A DNA stretch of 64,000 nucleotides from Kiritimatiellia bacterium (GTDB lineage Bacteria > Verrucomicrobiota > Kiritimatiellia > RFP12 > DVOR01): NCBI GenBank assembly GCA_036651955.1, contig JAVVWU010000001.1:24932-88931 (forward strand). The letters are read 5' to 3'. The position numbers and the translations under genes are program-made. The notes below the pieces were generated by a model. The model saw only the letters and a list, made by a program, of their open reading frames with translations, had not been told where the DNA came from and did not search any database. Shown piece by piece: positions 48,939 to 58,197 of this stretch. How positions within the stretch are numbered: position 1 is the first letter of the stretch; each line of letters opens with the position of its first letter.

Positions 48939-50071
48939 TCCCATTGCGCAATTTCTCCACAAAGAATCGGCGTGCAGCTGCCGTCCGGCTGTTCGAGCAA
49001 CAATGCGCCATCTGCACGGATTCCACCGCTGATGCCTTCCAGAATGCTGTCGGACTGGCGGACAGAAATCGGCTTCCCCTTTTTACAATCAACGGCAGCA
49101 AGCTCTTCACTCAACGCCGCCAAGCCACCTGCGCACCATTTTTGATATACGCTTTCAAATCGTTCACAGAAATGCGCCAGAAGCATCATACGATCGATAG
49201 CACCTTTTAATCCAATGGCTCGATATGCGACCGATTCCGGCACGGCACCGACATTCACGCCGATTCCAATGATGATTCCTTCGATCCCCTCCGCAGAGGT
49301 TTGCGCTTCACAGAGAATGCCACAGACTTTCCGATCCCCAATCAAAATATCGTTGGGCCATTTAAGACCGGCGTCTAAATCCAACTCCTGACGCAAAACC
49401 TGCGCCATCGCCAAACCGGCGACAAGCGGAACCGTTGCGGCGATTTCAGCCGGAAGGAGAGGGCGCACCAAAAGAGAAAAGAGCAACGCTTGTCCCGGTT
49501 CAGAAAGCCACGTCCGCCCCAAACGTCCACGTCCTGCCGTTTGCGTCTCGGTGACCACAAGAGAACCTTCCACAGCACCGGCTTCGGCACGTTGGAGCAT
49601 TTCATCATTCGTGGAGGCACAAGACGAAAGAAAGGTACTCGCACGCCCCATCATTTCACTGTGCAGATGTGCGCCGAAAAAGCGTTCGCGCAAAAAGACT
49701 AAAAGGGCTTGATCGGCGGCGGCAAAATCATGCTGCATCAGTGCATCAGGTGCGCACCAGTCACTCGCAAGATGTTCTTTTAAGACCGCTTCGCCCGATT
49801 CTACGGCACAGAGAACAGAGGACAAGGTAATCGAAAATTCAGGATAACAGTAATTAACAACCGGACCTTCGCCGAGGACAGAGAGCTCTAAATTGAGCTC
49901 TTCACGGACTTCACGCACCGCCGCCTGCGAAGCCGTTTCTCCCCGTTCTATTTTACCGCCGGGGAATTCCCACTTCTGCGACGTCGAAACCGTTTGCGAG
50001 GCTCCGCGTTGTACACAGAAAACTTTTCCCTCATCATTCAAGATAAGTGCTGCAGCAACATTCAAATGCAT
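48935..50071 (-). CDS. NUDIX hydrolase (MutT-like) fused to biotin--protein ligase BirA catalytic domain
   Basis: N-terminal NUDIX box GGKIERGETASQAAVREVREELNLE. C-terminal BirA motifs GRGRLGRTW and KWPNDIL. 378 aa. Confidence 0.8.
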   Translation of the reverse strand: MHLNVAAALILNDEGKVFCVQRGASQTVSTSQKWEFPGGKIERGETASQAAVREVREELNLELSVLGEGPVVNYCYPEFSITLSSVLCAVESGEAVLKEHLASDWCAPDALMQHDFAAADQALLVFLRERFFGAHLHSEMMGRASTFLSSCASTNDEMLQRAEAGAVEGSLVVTETQTAGRGRLGRTWLSEPGQALLFSLLVRPLLPAEIAATVPLVAGLAMAQVLRQELDLDAGLKWPNDILIGDRKVCGILCEAQTSAEGIEGIIIGIGVNVGAVPESVAYRAIGLKGAIDRMMLLAHFCERFESVYQKWCAGGLAALSEELAAVDCKKGKPISVRQSDSILEGISGGIRADGALLLEQPDGSCTPILCGEIAQWE

Positions 50072-50156
50072 AGTATACAGTATATCAAACGCTTCGACAT
50101 CATAGCTTCCGCTCCATCACAAAAGGCGGAGTTCCTCAGCGACATTAACGGAGCGG

Positions 50157-51326
50157 TCACTTCCGTGCAAGAAGCACCGTATATCCGCGACGCGAGAACG
50201 TATTGAGGACTTCAAAATGCGCAGCGGTAAGGAGTTCCGTCGGTTGGACTTCACGTTTAGAAATAAAGGCAATCATCCCGCCTCTTTTCAACACGCGTGA
50301 TGCCGTCTCAATAAAAAACTCCGCAATACGCCAATCGCCAAAATAAGGCGGATTCGCAAGAAACAAATCGTAACGATTCGGTTCGCCCAGTCCTTCATCG
50401 GAAAAGAGTACTTCTCCTGCGTGCGGATAACGGCGAAGGTTCTCCATCACCGCATCACGCGCGCACACATTTGAATCTTGATACGTTACGTGCAACTTCT
50501 TTTCGGGGAACGCCGTTGCCAATAACAGCCCGTCCATACCACAGCCACACCCCATGTCCATAATCCAATCGCCGTCATCAAATGCGACTTGTTCGGCAAC
50601 CACTTCCGTCAGTGCCAAACCGCCCATATCGGCACGGCGATGACAGAAACATCCGGGGAGCGTCATCAACTTAATCGGCTCATGTCCCTTGAGCGAGATT
50701 TCAAACTCTGCGGAGTGCGTGGACTGTTCCGTTCGTAAAATCGGATGCGCCAACGTCGCAAAAAGAACGGTGACTTCCCCCGTCTTTTTGTCGCCAAACT
50801 TTTTCAACGTGACTTTATCGCAATACTTTTTCACCCGCTTAAGAAACGTTTCATTGAGCGCATCGGAAGCAATGAAAAAACGGCGCCCTTGCGGAGCAGA
50901 ATCTTCGCACAACGTTTCCAACATATTCAATTGGAGTTCGGCGGTGCCATCGCCTTTGGTCATTTGCCAAAACACCGTTGACGCTTTCGCAAACGCGTGC
51001 AAGTCCGATTCCGCAGACACATGAAAGAGTGCTTTCGGCGCCTGATTATCGTCAAGATTCCGTTGGAGAATGCGCGCAGTATGAGCATCGAACGTATGCA
51101 CCTGATACGCTTCTCCTTGCCCACGCAACCACACCGCTTGCGCCAGTGCGCTCGTTCGCCCGCCCAGAAAAAGACAGCTGCCAAGCGTTTGAGCGATCGT
51201 GGGGAGCTGCTCCACCAAAGCGTTTTCGGTAAGATTAAGCCCACTGCGTGAAATGACACGAAGCGTACGATCTAAGAAAAGCTCTTTACGAGCATGGGGG
51301 TGATGAGTCAGCGTGATTGTCAGCAT
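50157..51326 (-). CDS. two-domain class I SAM-dependent methyltransferase (RsmC/RlmG-like 'MTS' family)
   Basis: C-terminal domain with GCGCGMDG (SAM-binding glycine-rich loop) and NPPYF. The N-terminal domain looks like a degenerate duplicate. Confidence 0.7.
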   Translation of the reverse strand: MLTITLTHHPHARKELFLDRTLRVISRSGLNLTENALVEQLPTIAQTLGSCLFLGGRTSALAQAVWLRGQGEAYQVHTFDAHTARILQRNLDDNQAPKALFHVSAESDLHAFAKASTVFWQMTKGDGTAELQLNMLETLCEDSAPQGRRFFIASDALNETFLKRVKKYCDKVTLKKFGDKKTGEVTVLFATLAHPILRTEQSTHSAEFEISLKGHEPIKLMTLPGCFCHRRADMGGLALTEVVAEQVAFDDGDWIMDMGCGCGMDGLLLATAFPEKKLHVTYQDSNVCARDAVMENLRRYPHAGEVLFSDEGLGEPNRYDLFLANPPYFGDWRIAEFFIETASRVLKRGGMIAFISKREVQPTELLTAAHFEVLNTFSRRGYTVLLARK

Positions 51327-52318
51327 ACATTTCCTTTACGGCCGACGACCAGCCAAGCGAGAAAGAGAAGAGTACGGACGGTGCCATCCGCAATCCCATG
51401 AATCAATTGTTTACCGCGTAAAAAACGATATTGATACGTTTGGCGCGTGCCGTCATAGTACCGGCGGGTAATGTTAAAGCCACACGCCTTCATTGCGCGT
51501 TCGTAGCGACGCCCCTCATACCGCCAGTTTTCAAACCACGGTTTTTTCGTACCGTAAAAGTGAAGAATGGCAGGACGCACGGCAGCTTCAATGGCTTGAC
51601 GCTCCGTCCACCCGCGCCAACGAAAGACAAAAAGATGTGAGACCGCTAAGCGCGACATTCCATCGTGCCAATTCCATCGTGGATGCAGAGAAACAACGTG
51701 ACGAAAGAGCGCACGATTGAGAAGTCCCTGATCAAGATCAGGAAGCTCGACATACGTCGCAATCTGTTCCAACCAAAACTGCACCGAATAATGTTCACGG
51801 AAAAAAGTGAGATTCATCACCAAAACACCGGAATTGAAATATCCAAACATCGCCTCTGGCATACGCGCTAAATGACACACATGTCCGTCCCGCGTCTCTT
51901 CATAGACCGCCGCGACGGCGTTTTCGCCAAGAGAAACATTGAAAAGAGGAAGCAAATTCTCGCAGACCAAGACGTCGGTATCAAGGTAAACGAGCTTCTC
52001 AATTGACGGAAAAAGTTCGGGCAGGAAAAGGCGCGCAAAAGCCGTAACCGGAAGATCTGCATACGAACGTTTAATCACATCAGCAAAATCTGCATGAGCT
52101 AATCGTTCACGCATCTCTACGACTTCGAGCGTACAGCCGCGCCGTTCAATTTCCTCCCGCACGCGAACCAAATGCTCTTCCGTAAGTCCATTAGATAATA
52201 AAAGGACACGATATCGCGCCGCTGGACAAGCCGTTTGGACAAGCGAATAAATCGCAACCGTCAATGACAGAAAGCCATTGTCGTCAGAAGCAAATGCGAC
52301 GGGAATGAAGGAGTCCAT
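51320..52318 (-). CDS. glycosyltransferase family 8 (LPS alpha-1,3-galactosyl/glucosyltransferase-like)
   Basis: IPVAFASDDNG...YLDTDVLV (DxD) layout of GT8. Paralogous to the tandem GT8 pair at 60.6-62.7 kb. Confidence 0.8.
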   Translation of the reverse strand: MDSFIPVAFASDDNGFLSLTVAIYSLVQTACPAARYRVLLLSNGLTEEHLVRVREEIERRGCTLEVVEMRERLAHADFADVIKRSYADLPVTAFARLFLPELFPSIEKLVYLDTDVLVCENLLPLFNVSLGENAVAAVYEETRDGHVCHLARMPEAMFGYFNSGVLVMNLTFFREHYSVQFWLEQIATYVELPDLDQGLLNRALFRHVVSLHPRWNWHDGMSRLAVSHLFVFRWRGWTERQAIEAAVRPAILHFYGTKKPWFENWRYEGRRYERAMKACGFNITRRYYDGTRQTYQYRFLRGKQLIHGIADGTVRTLLFLAWLVVGRKGNVC

Positions 52319-52333
52319 AGAAGTTTCAGTATA

Positions 52334-53089
52334 TCACAGCACGCGGTCGAAAAAGTCCGTCAGACGTACGAAGGTATCAGCCAAATCGTTGAATTTCAAC
52401 AGCGCACGAGAGTCCAAAGGCGTCGGAGTATCGTTCACAATCACCAGTCGCGCACCACATCGATAAGCTTCCTCCGGAAGAGAGGCTGCCGGATAGACCG
52501 TCAGACTACTTCCAAGGACGAGGCACAAATCAGCCTGTTGACAGGCTTCCGTTGCCTCTCGAAGAACGGTTTCATTCAAGGCTTCACCATAGAAAATAAT
52601 ATCGGGTTTGAGAATGCCGCCACAAGAACAGGTGGGGACTTCTCCCGCCCGAACAATCGGAGCCACCTCATCGTAAGGATACGTCTTGGCACACGTCAAG
52701 CAATGATGAACGTGCGGCGAACCGTGAACTTCAAAGACCTTACGCGATCCTGCGAGCGTATGCAAACGGTCAATATTTTGTGTCACCACTGCGGAGAGTA
52801 GCCCGCGCGACTCCAATCGCGCCAGTACATGGTGCACCGTACAGGGATGAAAAAGCTCAAGCGCATAAACGAAATCTTTAGCCCATGCGTAGAATAAAGA
52901 GGGATCGCGAAGGAACAGATCGATCCCAAACAGTTCCTCCACACGATAACCCTTAAACGTATCGTTATAGATTCCTTCTTTTCCTCGGAAGTCACGGATG
53001 CCACTCGCCGTTGAAACGCCTGCTCCGGTAAATGCGACCGTACTTGTCGAGGACAGCAGGCATTCATAAAGTTCGCCAACATCATTCAT
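52334..53089 (-). CDS. NAD-dependent protein deacylase, canonical sirtuin (CobB-like)
   Basis: GAGVSTASGIRDFRG, QNIDRLH and a zinc ribbon (CLTC...CSCGG). Start MNDVGELYE at 53089. Confidence 0.85.
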   Translation of the reverse strand: MNDVGELYECLLSSTSTVAFTGAGVSTASGIRDFRGKEGIYNDTFKGYRVEELFGIDLFLRDPSLFYAWAKDFVYALELFHPCTVHHVLARLESRGLLSAVVTQNIDRLHTLAGSRKVFEVHGSPHVHHCLTCAKTYPYDEVAPIVRAGEVPTCSCGGILKPDIIFYGEALNETVLREATEACQQADLCLVLGSSLTVYPAASLPEEAYRCGARLVIVNDTPTPLDSRALLKFNDLADTFVRLTDFFDRVL

Positions 53090-53813
53090 TTGTGTGACCT
53101 CTTGGCGCGCTTGTGGGCGACGAATGAGAACGATTAAACGGTAAACTCGCGACATGAACCACCGTGGCATAAGAACGCCACGTCCGAATCACTAAATTTC
53201 GCCCTTGCTCCCATCCGCTTAAATGCGCAATCAACAGAAGTGAAATAAAGGCGAAAAGTAAATTCGCAAAGACAATGACTTCATATGAGAAAAGTCGCCC
53301 ATACACGCGGACATCCGGCTGCGCCACAGTTAAGAGTGCATCTCCCGTATACAGCAAATGAAAAAGGAACGCCATTCCAAGGACGAAATTCCACAGTTCT
53401 GCCGCTACCGCCTCCGGCCAAAACCCATCCACAATCCAGCGAAGCAGCACGAAAAATAAGAGATAGAGCGGCACACAATAAGGCGCAAGTGTAATAAAAA
53501 GGTTGGACTTCGACAGTTCCACAAATCCGCCCGTCTCGCGAATACTCACACGATGAATCCGCGCACCACAGCAAACGCCAGCAAGCGCGTGTGTCATCTC
53601 ATGTGCAAAGACGTACACGGGCGAAAGCTTCCGCCCCTTCCAGACATAGAGCATCGTCATCACCACGCCACCGCCGACAAACCACCATTGCCCTGCCGTG
53701 AAAAGCGTACGCGGTACAGCATCAAGCGCAAGACAGCGCAAAACGGAAACCGCAAGCGCCCACAAAAAAGGAAGCCCCACAAGCGCAAGTAAAAACAGTA
53801 TCAGTTTTTTCAT
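53082..53813 (-). CDS. polytopic membrane protein with HExxH zinc-metallopeptidase motif
   Basis: FAHEMTHAL in a predicted TM region, 243 aa with about 6 TM segments (M50B/DUF3267-like). Confidence 0.55.
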   Translation of the reverse strand: MKKLILFLLALVGLPFLWALAVSVLRCLALDAVPRTLFTAGQWWFVGGGVVMTMLYVWKGRKLSPVYVFAHEMTHALAGVCCGARIHRVSIRETGGFVELSKSNLFITLAPYCVPLYLLFFVLLRWIVDGFWPEAVAAELWNFVLGMAFLFHLLYTGDALLTVAQPDVRVYGRLFSYEVIVFANLLFAFISLLLIAHLSGWEQGRNLVIRTWRSYATVVHVASLPFNRSHSSPTSAPRGHTNE

Positions 53814-53819
53814 AAGCCC

Positions 53820-56183
53820 CTATTCCTTTGCGGAAGGAGCCTCCAACCGCATCCGCGCCACTTTCGCCGAAGGCAAACTATCTGCCACACTGCCAAATTT
53901 TTCCAACGCCGATTGTACCGATTTAGACTTCGCAATATCTTCTGCGCGGAAATAACGATTCACAAAAAGCCGTGCCGAAACCGCCAATTCTGCACGATCT
54001 GAAGCACGCAACGCACGCGCACCAACATCATCTGCAATTTGCCCGAAAAGAATACGGAAGGCGTCTCCTTGATGTTCAAGTACAAAATCTTTCCACGCAA
54101 TCTTCTGTCCTGCGAGCGTAATCGACGCTGCTTCCGCATCAGTCACGCCATAGCGGGTCAACTGCCCCGCCTTTGCACTCTTGCACAACCACTCTTTGAG
54201 CAAGCCAAATCTTTCGATACGTTCCAACACGACTTTCGCCGCTTCTTTTGCTTCCGATGATTTCAATCGTGCCATTCGCATCTTTACCTTTTTGCCCGCC
54301 GCTTCCGGCATAAAGAGATCAAGCTCCGAACCGACCGAACTTTCCAACGTTGCAATCGAGGCGACCTCTTCCACAATGGCATTTTGTTCTCGCTCTAAAG
54401 CTTCTTTCCGATGCTGTTCTTGCGTCGCCTTCGCCTCTGCCTGCCGCCGTGCAATGACTGCGGACTCCATTTCTACACGCGCACGATCCACCGTCTTGCG
54501 CCATCCTTTTTGCTGCATCCGCAAAGCATTCAAATCAGCCTTTGCCGACTTTACTTCCGCCGTGGAATCCCACGCTTCAACTGCTTTTTGTGCCGTTGCG
54601 ACCATCGCCTCCACCGCCTCTGCCGTTGCCGTCGCATCCATCGCCGTCACCCGCAGTCCGTCCACTTCCGCACGGAGCTTTTCCGTCCCGACAGCAACGG
54701 TTTTCAATCGCGCAACAGTACCATATGCCTGCTGCAATTCACGTAACATTGCCGTCGGCGCTTCTCCCTCCAACGCTACCAACCATTGCGTTTGATCGGG
54801 AAGCGTGGCACGTTCCGCCCGCTTCGCAAGCCCTGCGACGAGACGTTCCGCCTCTGCCACGCCCTCTTTCGTCACAGGGACACGCCCTGCCACCGTTTCG
54901 GACAGCGTTTCCAAAAGCTGCTGATGTTGCACAAGTGGAGACACAACGGCGGACGGCGCAGACGTTGACACCGTTGCCTCCGGTTTTTCCGAGGCGTGTC
55001 GATACGATGCAATTCCCCACCATGTCAAACCACCGATCAACAAAAGAAGTCCGCCGCCAACCCCGCCAAAAATTCCGATCAACGCTTTCTTGGAAAGTCC
55101 GGGCGCAACAGGTTTAATCAACGGTGTTTGCACTTTTACAACCGAAGTCATCGGACGGGACGGGCTCATCGGCATTAAAGGTTGCGTCACACCGGCATTG
55201 CCACTGCGCGGCTTAAGGACAATACGCTTTCCGGCAAAAGAACCCGTTTCCGGCATTTCGCGCTTCATATCATTGATAAGCGCATCATAATTGGGATAAC
55301 GGCGAAGCGGTTCCGCCTCCAGCATCCGCATAATGACTTTTGCAATGCCTTCGGGACAGCTTGGTGCAACCGTCTGCAACGGTTTCGCCGGTCCCACCAA
55401 ACGCGCCTTCATCACCTCGACCGCATCGGCGCCTTCAAAAGGAGGAACGCCTGCAATCGCATGGTACAACGTTCCGCCAAGCGAATAAATATCGGCGCGT
55501 AAATCCACTTTCTGTTTACGTAAAGTCTCGGGCGCAATGTAGTACGGCGTTCCCCAAACTTCATTCGTTCCCTCCGACTTTGAACCGCCCAATGCCGCAA
55601 TTCCGAAATCTGCAAGCTTCGCCTGATGCTCTTCATTGATAAGAATATTTTCCGGCTTCACATCACCATGAACCAGCCCCTGCTCCGCCGCTGCCTTTAG
55701 CCCCTGCGCAATCTGCATTCCAATTCCAAATGCCGTCACCGGTGCGACCGCTCCTGCCAACATCATCCGATCCAACGCCTCCGGTTGCACCAGCTCCATC
55801 ACCAAATACGGTTGCCCTTCCACATCACCAAAAGCATAAACCCCGACAATATTAGGCGAATTGAGACGCGCCGCCGCCTGCGCTTCCCGTTTGAAATTCT
55901 CAATAAAGACCGGATCTTCGTTGACCCTCTCCTTAAGAATCACCTTCACCGCAATTTTACGTTGAAGCCCATCATCCACCCCCTCATACACCGCGCCCAT
56001 GCCGCCTTTACCTAATAGGCGCACCAATCGATACTGTCCCAATTGACCGGGAACCATAATCTCCGCCCCACATTGAGGGCAAACCGTCTGCGTCAGCGGC
56101 TCAAGATTTTGTGGCAATACCACTTCACAAAGAGGACACTTTGCGTGCTCAATCGGTCCGGCACAAATTCCGCTGTCGTTCAT
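53820..56183 (-). CDS. Ser/Thr protein kinase with N-terminal double zinc ribbon, single TM and a long extracytoplasmic coiled-coil domain
   Basis: Glycine loop GKGGMGAVYEG, AVKVI, HGDVKPENILI and DFGIA. Zinc ribbon CPLC...CPQCG at the N-terminus. TM LIGIFGGVGGGLLLLIGGL. About 440 aa coiled-coil-rich tail. Confidence 0.9.
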   Translation of the reverse strand: MNDSGICAGPIEHAKCPLCEVVLPQNLEPLTQTVCPQCGAEIMVPGQLGQYRLVRLLGKGGMGAVYEGVDDGLQRKIAVKVILKERVNEDPVFIENFKREAQAAARLNSPNIVGVYAFGDVEGQPYLVMELVQPEALDRMMLAGAVAPVTAFGIGMQIAQGLKAAAEQGLVHGDVKPENILINEEHQAKLADFGIAALGGSKSEGTNEVWGTPYYIAPETLRKQKVDLRADIYSLGGTLYHAIAGVPPFEGADAVEVMKARLVGPAKPLQTVAPSCPEGIAKVIMRMLEAEPLRRYPNYDALINDMKREMPETGSFAGKRIVLKPRSGNAGVTQPLMPMSPSRPMTSVVKVQTPLIKPVAPGLSKKALIGIFGGVGGGLLLLIGGLTWWGIASYRHASEKPEATVSTSAPSAVVSPLVQHQQLLETLSETVAGRVPVTKEGVAEAERLVAGLAKRAERATLPDQTQWLVALEGEAPTAMLRELQQAYGTVARLKTVAVGTEKLRAEVDGLRVTAMDATATAEAVEAMVATAQKAVEAWDSTAEVKSAKADLNALRMQQKGWRKTVDRARVEMESAVIARRQAEAKATQEQHRKEALEREQNAIVEEVASIATLESSVGSELDLFMPEAAGKKVKMRMARLKSSEAKEAAKVVLERIERFGLLKEWLCKSAKAGQLTRYGVTDAEAASITLAGQKIAWKDFVLEHQGDAFRILFGQIADDVGARALRASDRAELAVSARLFVNRYFRAEDIAKSKSVQSALEKFGSVADSLPSAKVARMRLEAPSAKE

Positions 56184-56353
56184 GTCATATTCCCTTTAAT
56201 GGGGATAGTATAGCGCGGTTTTCCACCTTCCGCAATGCGTCACGTGCGCGATCGCCACGCCACGACCGTCGCCCGCTCGACGCCGAATGCCGATTTGCCA
56301 CAAAAGTAGCCGCGCCGTCGCGTACCCGTCCGACTGTGCCGAAACTCTCCACT

Positions 56354-56718
56354 CTGCATAAGTCCACATCCGAGTGCAATCCAAAATGCCTACTTATGCA
56401 GAGGGCACAGTTTATGGCACCGTCGGGTACGCCGTGAGCCTCAGTGAGGTAAGAGGTCTACCTCACTGAGGTACGAGGTCAGGGTCAGTGAGGTACGAGC
56501 GCTACCTCACTGAGGTGCGCGGGCAGACCTTTTGCAATATCTCTTGAAATTTGTTGATGCTATGACTAAAGCACGAAGAATGAACGACTAAAGTCGCCTC
56601 CTCGGACAGTTCCACGCCGTAAAACTATAAGAGCGCTCCGCCACTCCCATAAGCGCTCTCTTATCCTTCTCTAATTCCTGCATAAGTGTCATAAGAAATT
56701 AAAACCTCTATTTGAAAT
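56354..56718. repeat. multi-hairpin intergenic repeat element, copy B (365 bp)
   Basis: Same architecture and orientation as copy A. The ctgcataagt/acttatgcag hairpin has an identical 28-nt loop length but a different loop sequence. The hairpin cluster (56437-56516) and the ttgcaatatctcttgaaatttgttga core are near-identical. The terminal ctgcataagt and tctatttgaaat are conserved. Confidence 0.75.
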
Positions 56719-56876
56719 GACGCCGCGTTATTAGCTGCGCATATTCTTTACCGCGCAAACGGCACGCATTGCTGCCAAAAGCCGAGAACTTCCAATTAAC
56801 TTGACCGTGGTAATGAAAATCTGTAAAGTACGCGACATCAACTGCTGTTCGCAGATTACAAGGGAGGATGTTTCCG

Positions 56877-58181
56877 ATGAAACGCAATAAGAAGTATCAT
56901 TTTGAAACGCTTCAACTCCACGTGGGACAGGAAATGCCAGACGCCGTAACGGGCGCGCGTGCCGTGCCGATTTACCAAACAACCTCTTATGTTTTCAATT
57001 CGTGTGCCCATGCTCAAGCGCGGTTTAATTTAGAGGACAGTGGCAATATTTACGGACGAATTACCAATCCGACCACCGCTATTTTCGAGCAACGTATGGC
57101 GGCGCTTGAAGGTGGCGTTGCGGCACTCGCCTTTGCTTCTGGTGCCGCCGCAATTACTGCCACGATACGAAATTTGGCGCGGAGCGGAGATCATCTTGTT
57201 GCGGCAAGAAATCTTTATGGCGGAACGGCAAACTTTCTAGCGCATACACTTCCCGAAACAGGAATCACCACAACGTTTGTTGACTGCTCCGAGAGTGCCG
57301 CAGTTCAAAAGGCGTTTCGTCCGAATACGCAAGCACTCTTTGTTGAAACGTTAGGGAATCCCAATTCAGAAATTGCCGATTTTGAAACGTTGGCAAAGAT
57401 TGCACATGAGCATAACGTTCCGTTGATTGTCGATAATACGTTCGCGACACCGTATCTGGTGCGTCCGCTCGAACATGGCGCCGATATCGTCATTCACTCC
57501 GCAACAAAATTTATTGGCGGTCATGGGACTACGCTCGGCGGTGTCCTTATTGATGGCGGTACGTTTCACTGGGACAATGGAAAATTCCCGGGGCTGAGTG
57601 AGCCGTGCCCCAGTTATCACGGCGTACGATTTACAGAAGTTGCGGGCAAAGCCGCTTTTGTGACGCGCGCCCGTACCCTTCTCTTGCGAGATGAAGGTGC
57701 AGCACTGTCGCCTTTTAATGCGTTTCTTCTCTTACAAGGTCTTGAAACATTGTCCTTGCGCGTTGAACGGCAGCTGTCCAATGCGCTGCGTGTGGTGCAG
57801 TTCCTCGAGAAACATCGTTTAGTGGAAGCCGTTCATCATCCGTCGGTGAGTCCCGATCAACGCCAACGGGCTTTATATGAAGCCTATTTCCCGAACGGAG
57901 GCGGTTCTATTTTCACTTTTGAAATCAAAGGTGGAGCAACAGAAGCCTGTGCATTTATTGATCACCTACAGCTGTTTTCGCTCTTGGCAAATGTTGCTGA
58001 CGTTAAATCTTTAGTCATTCATCCGGCGACAACGACACATTCGCAACTTTCGCCCGAAGCACTCGCGGAGGCAGGAATCCGCAGCAATACCATCCGTCTT
58101 TCGATTGGCACTGAACATATTGAGGATTTGTTAGACGATTTGTCGGAGGCGTTCGATTACGTTCAGACGCACTCCGTATAA
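56877..58181 (+). CDS. metY: O-acetylhomoserine aminocarboxypropyltransferase / sulfhydrylase
   Basis: PLP-lysine motif HSATKFIGGHGTTLGG and a Cys/Met gamma-family fold. Start MKRNKKY at 56877. Confidence 0.9.
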   Translation: MKRNKKYHFETLQLHVGQEMPDAVTGARAVPIYQTTSYVFNSCAHAQARFNLEDSGNIYGRITNPTTAIFEQRMAALEGGVAALAFASGAAAITATIRNLARSGDHLVAARNLYGGTANFLAHTLPETGITTTFVDCSESAAVQKAFRPNTQALFVETLGNPNSEIADFETLAKIAHEHNVPLIVDNTFATPYLVRPLEHGADIVIHSATKFIGGHGTTLGGVLIDGGTFHWDNGKFPGLSEPCPSYHGVRFTEVAGKAAFVTRARTLLLRDEGAALSPFNAFLLLQGLETLSLRVERQLSNALRVVQFLEKHRLVEAVHHPSVSPDQRQRALYEAYFPNGGGSIFTFEIKGGATEACAFIDHLQLFSLLANVADVKSLVIHPATTTHSQLSPEALAEAGIRSNTIRLSIGTEHIEDLLDDLSEAFDYVQTHSV

Positions 58182-58197
58182 AGAGCGACGAAACGCG

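Noticed and set aside
52334-53089. SIR2-domain gene as an anti-phage (Thoeris/DSR-like) effector
   Set aside because: It carries the complete canonical sirtuin deacylase motifs (GAGVS..GIRDFRG, QNIDRLH) and a zinc ribbon, and it is sirtuin-sized (about 250 aa). Defense SIR2 domains are usually degenerate at these positions and fused to other modules.
54181-55117. Several 100-200-aa + strand ORFs (54181-54795, 54542-55117)
   Set aside because: They are antisense to the Ser/Thr kinase coiled-coil region. The low-complexity Ala/Arg-rich gene on the other strand generates open frames on this strand.
56730-56876. SAM riboswitch in front of metY
   Set aside because: No SAM-I or SAM-II consensus blocks are visible. 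The region instead contains a plausible simple promoter (TTGACC-17-TAAAGT) downstream of repeat copy B.
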